From assembly GCA_965235115.1 (NCBI GenBank), contig OZ249436.1:44146001-44210000 (forward strand): a stretch of DNA of 64,000 bases, given 5' to 3'. The notes under the pieces were generated by a model. That model did not search any database and was not told where the DNA came from. It saw nothing but the letters and a program-made list of their open reading frames with translations. Shown here piece by piece: positions 63,501-64,000 of this stretch. Each line of letters starts with the position of its first letter. The first letter of the stretch is position 1. This stretch comes from Laetmonice hystrix. Taxonomy: Eukaryota. The translations under genes were made by a program, and so were the position numbers.

Positions 63501-64000
63501 CTTACAGAGGTAAGATATCAGTATTAACAGCAACACCTCCTGCTTTAGCAATAAATTGTATTTTCTGAGATTATTCTTACAATGCGCAGTATTTTCTGAG
63601 ATTATTCTTACAATGCACAGTATTTTCTGAGATTATACTTACAATGCACAGTATTTTCTGAGATTATTCTTACAATGCACAGTATTTTCTGACAATGCGC
63701 AGTATTTTCTGATATTATACTCACAATACGCAGTTTTTTCTGAGATTATACTTACAATGCGCAGTATTTTCTGAGATTATTCTTACAATGCGTAGTATTT
63801 TCTGAGATTATACTTACAATGCGCAGTATTTTCTGAGATTATACTTACAATGCACAGTATTTTCTGAGATTATTCTTACAATGCACAGTATTTTCTGACA
63901 ATGCGCAGTATTTTCTGAGATTATACTTACAATGCGCAGTATTTTGCCGACATCGATCTGGTTCTGTATCAAGTTGGTGATGTTTGGTATTAGTGTCGTG
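1..64000 (-). CDS. Internal portion of a giant multi-exon gene: ~21 tandem ~220-aa helical ectodomain modules, probably an ABCA-family (ABCA12/13-like) transporter ECD1 expansion; partial at both ends
   Basis: 77 GT-AG exons with mutually compatible phases in a repeating A/B/C/D order; ~13.8 kb open spliced frame; many N-x-S/T sequons; paired Cys in B exons. A/B motifs (e.g. GLQLSAILSNETKLSQMI; ALNVSTDVARALMNARVNVTE..ELLCRNE..ALCRMD) resemble recalled ABCA1 ECD1 (NLKLQDFLVDNETFSGFL..LSLPKSTVDKMLRADV..LC..LC). Gene structure is well supported; family assignment is moderate. Confidence 0.65.
121..248 (-). CDS. exon A
   Basis: 128 nt; GSSVTLESLF..IDLAA; gtaagt donor. Confidence 0.88.
273..1041. 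repeat. 83-87 bp minisatellite, ~9 copies
   Basis: ctacatgccacctcagcaggccagactttgggtgacagc.. repeated. Confidence 0.95.
1123..1253 (-). CDS. exon D
   Basis: 131 nt; SAELLASF..LQKIE; gtaagt donor. Confidence 0.85.
1482..1687 (-). CDS. exon C
   Basis: 206 nt; MIRSAVTTGKLDL..ENPQ; gtgagt donor. Confidence 0.88.
1668..2745. repeat. ~59-66 bp minisatellite, ~18 copies, contains 3-prime splice site
   Basis: Minus strand gtatttgtttctag|ATGATCCGAAGCGCCGTGAC. Confidence 0.95.
2811..3407. repeat. 33-bp minisatellite, ~18 copies
   Basis: gtttgggtcattataaggcagtaataattcata. Confidence 0.95.
3446..3640 (-). CDS. exon B
   Basis: 195 nt; LNELVTMN..LFC..ALCN..LMTR. Confidence 0.85.
3872..4784 (-). CDS. 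large fused exon (D+A+B+C+D+A)
   Basis: 913 nt open frame, phase 2>0; YKQNLALL..SVRSNK. Confidence 0.9.
5030..5223 (-). CDS. exon C
   Basis: 194 nt; LGNRAAVDW..STLSR; close paralogue of 8426-8619. Confidence 0.9.
5376..5582 (-). CDS. exon B (Cys-less)
   Basis: 207 nt; IQNFLGGGNWSET..HLNAQ; close paralogue of 8753-8959. Confidence 0.9.
7090..7349. mobile_element. hAT-like MITE
   Basis: TIR caggggcgga / tccgcccctg with GTTCT duplicated on both sides. Confidence 0.75.
7733..7857 (-). CDS. exon A
   Basis: 125 nt; TQLQLNQLFPNTTEL..MSTW. Confidence 0.88.
8006..8127 (-). CDS. exon D
   Basis: 122 nt; SLGSLQSLEPLL..PLVN. Confidence 0.85.
8051..8303. repeat. ~125-bp tandem duplication including acceptor and 5-prime part of exon D
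   Basis: cattgacgtagtggatcc..ctgaaaacc..aaatgttcat twice. Confidence 0.9.
8426..8619 (-). CDS. exon C
   Basis: 194 nt; LGNRSAINW..ITLSR. Confidence 0.9.
8753..8959 (-). CDS. exon B (Cys-less)
   Basis: 207 nt; IPNFIAGGNL..LQNIQ. Confidence 0.9.
9235..9359 (-). CDS. exon A
   Basis: 125 nt; ..LFPNTTELQKVAHLIDTNPE..ISNW. Confidence 0.87.
9358..9744. repeat. 96-bp minisatellite, ~4 copies, contains acceptor
   Basis: ctctgcaagaaa (minus tttcttgcag|ag) in each unit. Confidence 0.9.
9796..9917 (-). CDS. exon D
   Basis: 122 nt; YLGSLQSLEPLL..PIMN. Confidence 0.87.
9946..10630. repeat. 43-bp minisatellite, ~16 copies
   Basis: gcgcaccaccttttatgacctactgtcgatgtaataactgact. Confidence 0.95.
10815..11035 (-). 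CDS. exon C
   Basis: 221 nt; MDTNGRSTANLT..MDYS. Confidence 0.82.
11405..11554 (-). CDS. exon B (short)
   Basis: 150 nt; IQSVVSE..VC..LCAVNWT..GLAV. Confidence 0.85.
12029..12144 (-). CDS. exon A
   Basis: 116 nt; PMATLSGL..QTPQK. Confidence 0.8.
12251..12393 (-). CDS. exon D
   Basis: 143 nt; FQQIMSQYL..YIQ. Confidence 0.85.
12538..12731 (-). CDS. exon C
   Basis: 194 nt; TTTNNKNEKANLT..QQI. Confidence 0.87.
12871..13050 (-). CDS. exon B
   Basis: 180 nt; IVHITGGNYTALC..LCKVNVT..PNM. Confidence 0.87.
13014..13502. repeat. 49-bp minisatellite, ~10 copies, acceptor plus exon start
   Basis: Minus tgtatgtttcag|ATTGTGCGTGTTACTGGCGGCAACTATACTGCCCTGT. Confidence 0.95.
13617..13744 (-). CDS. exon A
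   Basis: 128 nt; KNATLEDLFKEQPE..DSSQ. Confidence 0.88.
13865..13989 (-). CDS. exon D
   Basis: 125 nt; VPISIDEW..RELR. Confidence 0.85.
14116..14303 (-). CDS. exon C
   Basis: 188 nt; FTVNTSKLTNLT..YVTN. Confidence 0.87.
14422..14881 (-). CDS. fused exon D+A+B
   Basis: 460 nt, phase 2>0; LGPTLQRLL..FMHV. Confidence 0.9.
15113..15306 (-). CDS. exon C
   Basis: 194 nt; LTGDVSGLSLNMS..FVD. Confidence 0.87.
15593..16260. repeat. 21-bp minisatellite, ~32 copies
   Basis: tctgccgtcagcctaacacag. Confidence 0.95.
16342..16655 (-). CDS. fused exon A+B
   Basis: 314 nt = 128+186; GSLTNNSH..LLLI. Confidence 0.88.
16868..17804. repeat. ~35-52 bp minisatellite, ~20 copies, exon end plus donor
   Basis: Minus ..CAAAAAACTGCCACTTTTAATCG|gtgagtaat. 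Confidence 0.95.
17760..17902 (-). CDS. exon D
   Basis: 143 nt; WMSRLLSIT..PLLI. Confidence 0.85.
18103..18299 (-). CDS. exon C
   Basis: 197 nt; MSSSTVPAINLT..DLE. Confidence 0.88.
19051..19236 (-). CDS. exon B
   Basis: 186 nt; VKEILNGNLAVFC..IERI. Confidence 0.88.
19225..19474. repeat. 43-59 bp repeat, ~5 copies, at acceptor
   Basis: gaacggaacgtgacgtcatgaataatggacagaacaataac; some units keep cag|GYGAAGGAGA. Confidence 0.9.
19687..19814 (-). CDS. exon A
   Basis: 128 nt; NNVTLETLLQEKPE..KPAA. Confidence 0.87.
20073..20412. mobile_element. TTAA-flanked MITE (Kolobok-like), copy 1
   Basis: TTAA TSD; TIR AGGTGCTATTCGT / ACGAATAGCACCT; ~340 bp; near-identical to copies 2 and 3. Confidence 0.9.
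20471..20613 (-). CDS. exon D
   Basis: 143 nt; VPTQLQVL..EPLV. Confidence 0.88.
20744..20940 (-). CDS. exon C
   Basis: 197 nt; VTSEKSGTANIS..DPAN. Confidence 0.85.
21220..21405 (-). CDS. exon B
   Basis: 186 nt; VAKVVSGDVAELC..LCAINFT..LYTI. Confidence 0.88.
21811..21938 (-). CDS. exon A
   Basis: 128 nt; RNLTLEDVV..MPDW. Confidence 0.88.
22050..22197. mobile_element. Degenerate palindromic MITE
   Basis: Central gcttctgattgg..ccaatcagaagc inverted repeat with matching ttaag arms; related motif near 49300-49360. Confidence 0.45.
22870..23600 (-). pseudogene. Degenerate DIRS tyrosine recombinase
   Basis: Fragments PYWSWSVVLNALLRPP, ALTSGLRWSE and EVRAISASLA..FLEAAFWLSDTTFT match DIRS YR motifs, split by frameshifts and stops. 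Confidence 0.8.
24194..24361. mobile_element. Small MITE inserted in the DIRS element
   Basis: Imperfect TIR cccaactaaca / tgctagcggg flanked by AT on both sides; AT-rich versus surroundings. Confidence 0.5.
27257..27745. repeat. GC-rich ~130-190 bp x3 direct repeat in the DIRS gag-like region
   Basis: Unit gcggctggcccgggtggcctcctcgaggagac..gagatcgatcc repeated three times. Confidence 0.85.
28612..28754 (-). CDS. exon D
   Basis: 143 nt; FPSMLTRLSP..LANYT. Confidence 0.87.
28729..29305. repeat. 39-bp minisatellite, ~15 copies, acceptor plus exon start
   Basis: Minus gtgtataatctag|GTTTCCCAGTATGTTGATGAGGCTGT. Confidence 0.95.
29452..29617. mobile_element. MITE remnant
   Basis: aagccaggaatc..gattcctggctt inverted ends; right end duplicated. 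Confidence 0.5.
29706..29905 (-). CDS. exon C
   Basis: 200 nt; INSPMDGPVNLT..FLE. Confidence 0.87.
30164..30349 (-). CDS. exon B
   Basis: 186 nt; MSDVIQGGLTYIC..WNKI. Confidence 0.88.
30442..30503. repeat. (GA)n microsatellite
   Basis: ~31 GA units. Confidence 0.95.
30553..30680 (-). CDS. exon A
   Basis: 128 nt; QNLSLEDF..QPDK. Confidence 0.88.
30876..31228. repeat. 32-bp minisatellite, ~11 copies, exon end plus donor
   Basis: Minus AACCTTTCATGA|gtatgttattactgattcgt. Confidence 0.95.
31217..31359 (-). CDS. exon D
   Basis: 143 nt; LAESQVQY..EPFM. Confidence 0.87.
31669..31853 (-). CDS. exon C
   Basis: 185 nt; LSGRSEGKLNIS..LAI. Confidence 0.87.
32115..32297 (-). CDS. exon B
   Basis: 183 nt; IVKSLDGDPAMLC..IQQI. 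Confidence 0.88.
32591..32718 (-). CDS. exon A
   Basis: 128 nt; RNLNLDDII..KPDS. Confidence 0.87.
32899..33041 (-). CDS. exon D
   Basis: 143 nt; LTSSLSGISP..SKLA. Confidence 0.87.
33245..33444 (-). CDS. exon C
   Basis: 200 nt; VTSPAADGPG..QSD. Confidence 0.85.
33697..33831. repeat. Dispersed ~135-bp repeat (second copy 34606-34744)
   Basis: acaagtcag..ggaaggactt..cccgtgacgtcacggcagttcactgacttg in two adjacent introns. Confidence 0.85.
33904..34089 (-). CDS. exon B
   Basis: 186 nt (alternative AG 6 nt downstream); LQPLWAGDVQTVC..IMAA. Confidence 0.85.
34140..34480. mobile_element. TTAA-flanked MITE (Kolobok-like), copy 2
   Basis: Same TIR and TTAA TSD, same orientation as copy 1. Confidence 0.9.
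34786..34913 (-). CDS. exon A
   Basis: 128 nt; ANITWDALL..ESDK. Confidence 0.87.
35152..35294 (-). CDS. exon D
   Basis: 143 nt; LSGVLSRS..RPLL. Confidence 0.87.
35660..37300. repeat. ~55-bp minisatellite with inverted blocks
   Basis: cgacatttacgtgtagcaaccgttaacgtcattgtaatttttacatctcgtcata; reversed blocks ~35889-35995 and ~36508-36614. Confidence 0.95.
37597..37796 (-). CDS. exon C
   Basis: 200 nt; LKSNSSRPVNVA..YVE. Confidence 0.87.
37802..38559. repeat. 58-bp minisatellite, ~13 copies, abutting acceptor
   Basis: acagtcggcaccaggtcaatgtagatataacacctagccctgtccgtaactctaacct. Confidence 0.95.
38628..38816 (-). CDS. exon B
   Basis: 189 nt; LAGLLAGNLSEIC..FCAINYT..IEAA. Confidence 0.87.
39241..42596. 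repeat. 42-bp minisatellite, ~80 copies, exon end plus donor
   Basis: Minus GTCACCAGACCCCACATG|gtaggtcctagtctacttcaccta. Confidence 0.97.
42578..42705 (-). CDS. exon A
   Basis: 128 nt; RNLSLTGLL..TRPHM. Confidence 0.87.
43111..43182 (-). tRNA. tRNA-Trp (CCA)
   Basis: Reverse complement GACTCCGTGGCGCAACGGTAGCGCGTCTGACTCCAGATCAGAAGGTTGCGTGTTCAAATCACGTCGGGGTCA: 72-nt cloverleaf, CCA anticodon, A/B boxes, TTTT terminator ~15 nt downstream. Confidence 0.96.
43520..43662 (-). CDS. exon D
   Basis: 143 nt; IGAFLSG..QSLQ. Confidence 0.86.
43673..44167. repeat. 49-bp minisatellite, ~10 copies, abutting acceptor
   Basis: cagaggaggatacaaaatacaatctccttatcgtaacataacgtgtcta. Confidence 0.95.
44483..44682 (-). 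CDS. exon C
   Basis: 200 nt; MLSNTSGKVDIS..VFS. Confidence 0.88.
44875..45004. mobile_element. Foldback/MITE with internal 18-bp repeats
   Basis: ~33-bp inverted arms gagactgcagtaatttccaccaga..; four gcgcgcggcatgaggt units inside. Confidence 0.6.
45072..45254 (-). CDS. exon B
   Basis: 183 nt; VTRVFQGDLPAFC..ISNI. Confidence 0.88.
45572..45699 (-). CDS. exon A
   Basis: 128 nt; TNESFESFL..KPDW. Confidence 0.88.
45807..45949 (-). CDS. exon D
   Basis: 143 nt; VDGLLRTSG..QPYA. Confidence 0.83.
46153..46373 (-). CDS. exon C
   Basis: 221 nt; INTLLNKK..FSNY. Confidence 0.87.
46580..46786 (-). CDS. exon B
   Basis: 207 nt; ISRLVNVSSNGEEFC..LVC..FMDT. Confidence 0.86.
46976..47109 (-). CDS. exon A
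   Basis: 134 nt; TEVSLFDFI..NPSK. Confidence 0.87.
47428..47579 (-). CDS. exon D
   Basis: 152 nt; IFRLVGTL..RKFN. Confidence 0.82.
47935..48158 (-). CDS. exon C
   Basis: 224 nt; VQKLADPN..IDWSKM..SLQ. Confidence 0.83.
48325..48664. mobile_element. TTAA-flanked MITE (Kolobok-like), copy 3, inverted
   Basis: Same TIR and TTAA TSD; reverse complement of copy 1. Confidence 0.9.
48699..48890 (-). CDS. exon B
   Basis: 192 nt; MMKVLVTK..VCNG..LCLM..MVEK. Confidence 0.88.
49064..49203 (-). CDS. exon A
   Basis: 140 nt; NGLQLSAILSNET..DPNK. Confidence 0.86.
49490..50646. repeat. 34-bp minisatellite, ~34 copies
   Basis: tccaatcattgcaatcaaacggaaactgtaaatc. Confidence 0.95.
50706..50845 (-). CDS. 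exon D
   Basis: 140 nt; LQNLGMAV..MAPN. Confidence 0.85.
50998..51212 (-). CDS. exon C
   Basis: 215 nt; LNEKVNETL..DLN. Confidence 0.82.
51515..51703 (-). CDS. exon B
   Basis: 189 nt; RSRLLGTTNITALFC..LLC..AFDK. Confidence 0.85.
51876..51982 (-). CDS. exon A (short)
   Basis: 107 nt; IFNNETTT..DEQK. Confidence 0.82.
52112..52242 (-). CDS. exon D
   Basis: 131 nt; VQRQLADMY..QALD. Confidence 0.85.
52529..52779 (-). CDS. exon C
   Basis: 251 nt; ILQMINLMTS..YTTA. Confidence 0.86.
53442..53630 (-). CDS. exon B
   Basis: 189 nt; LLVKDPASFQGQIC..ILC..LEQK. Confidence 0.86.
53748..53900. mobile_element. Palindromic MITE
   Basis: ~40-bp inverted arms ggcccagtttctagaaagtggataagttaactaagttggtt and their complement. 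Confidence 0.7.
53980..54225. repeat. ~80-bp triplication of exon A 3-prime part plus donor
   Basis: acttacattgacattggcctgatcaaac..taccagt three times. Confidence 0.92.
54147..54268 (-). CDS. exon A
   Basis: 122 nt; VENHALRLL..ANVN. Confidence 0.85.
54474..54607 (-). CDS. exon D
   Basis: 134 nt; QVAAVVSI..GAVL. Confidence 0.85.
54591..55036. repeat. ~91-bp minisatellite, ~5 copies, acceptor plus exon start
   Basis: Minus gtgtatctccag|CCAAGTCGCCGC. Confidence 0.92.
55165..55634. repeat. 20-bp G/C-skewed minisatellite, ~23 copies
   Basis: tgtcaccccaccctgtaccc, immediately downstream of the donor at 55640. Confidence 0.95.
55641..55867 (-). CDS. exon C
   Basis: 227 nt; VAVLHSSADP..RLVS. Confidence 0.86.
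56157..56366 (-). CDS. exon B
   Basis: 210 nt; LSQLLQAV..LLCRNET..ALCRMD..VFEG. Confidence 0.86.
56711..56838 (-). CDS. exon A
   Basis: 128 nt; ATVLLREVL..VNVTE. Confidence 0.86.
57000..57570 (-). pseudogene. Decayed gag-like fragment of a YR retroelement
   Basis: KRRASLKSKLPEDFRFLA..(stop)..MSESEKIT..basic N/R/F-rich tail resembles DIRS-group gag C-termini; does not fit the host exon pattern. Confidence 0.5.
57937..58173. mobile_element. CACTG-terminus MITE remnant
   Basis: cactgtaaaaaa / ttttttacagt ends; AT-rich interior. Confidence 0.5.
58487..58800 (+). pseudogene. LINE ORF2 C-terminal fragment
   Basis: PKLRTYCKFKENYDVEPHV followed after frameshift by LPLRIETGRY, a typical non-LTR ORF2 C-terminal motif; stops and frameshifts. 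Confidence 0.75.
59913..60437. mobile_element. Outer MITE (Harbinger-like termini) hosting the 59946-60289 insertion
   Basis: TIR ggcccggtttttagttt / aaactaaaaaccagggcc; internal ttctgattgg..ccaatgaga palindrome. Confidence 0.6.
59946..60289. mobile_element. Second TTAA-flanked MITE family (Kolobok-like)
   Basis: 17-bp TIR AGGGAATAGAAAAGTTC; TTAA on both sides. Confidence 0.85.
60676..61380. repeat. Composite GC-rich repeat (~24-bp subunits within ~120-170 bp units)
   Basis: ggaaagatgagaccgcgacacc subunits; related pair at 61861-61911. Confidence 0.9.
62330..62472 (-). CDS. exon D
   Basis: 143 nt; LSRIMEDL..MRLP. Confidence 0.86.
62603..62940. repeat. 19-bp minisatellite, ~18 copies
   Basis: cctacagacacactgtacg. 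Confidence 0.95.
63117..63331 (-). CDS. exon C
   Basis: 215 nt; SSRLMSLAG..QVT. Confidence 0.85.
63559..63945. repeat. 31-bp minisatellite, ~13 copies, exon end plus donor
   Basis: Minus AAAATACTGCGCATT|gtaagtataatctcag. Confidence 0.95.
63931..64000 (-). CDS. exon B (partial)
   Basis: TTLIPNITNLIQNQIDVGKILRI then gtaagt donor. Confidence 0.8.

Noticed and set aside
273..63945. Tandem arrays as CRISPR loci
   Set aside because: Units are contiguous with no unique spacers, no cas genes, and the context is spliceosomal eukaryotic DNA.
1..64000. Specific gene symbol (ABCA12 or ABCA13) or species assignment
   Set aside because: Only ectodomain-like repeats are visible; orthology needs NBD/TMD sequence and a phylogeny.

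Overview
Eukaryotic (metazoan, probably marine invertebrate) genomic DNA. The whole 64 kb lies inside one minus-strand gene. I traced 77 GT-AG exons by hand (about 13.8 kb coding, about 4,590 aa, no start, stop, TM segment or NBD inside the window). They form about 21 tandem copies of a ~220-aa module, normally encoded by four exons with fixed phases: A 1>0 (~128 nt), B 0>0 (~186 nt, two Cys), C 0>2 (~200 nt) and D 2>1 (~143 nt). The A+B part resembles my recollection of the ABCA1 extracellular domain 1 pattern, so this is most likely a giant ABCA12/13-like ectodomain (inference). The introns hold about 25 tandem arrays; about 12 of them copy the neighbouring exon-intron junction, giving up to ~80 decoy splice sites. 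Also present: a structurally complete DIRS-type tyrosine-recombinase retroelement with near-identical ITRs and ICR but decayed ORFs (22214-28569), three copies of a TTAA-flanked Kolobok-like MITE, other MITEs, LINE and gag remnants, and an intronic tRNA-Trp(CCA). Coordinates and copy numbers were read manually and may be off by a few nt.
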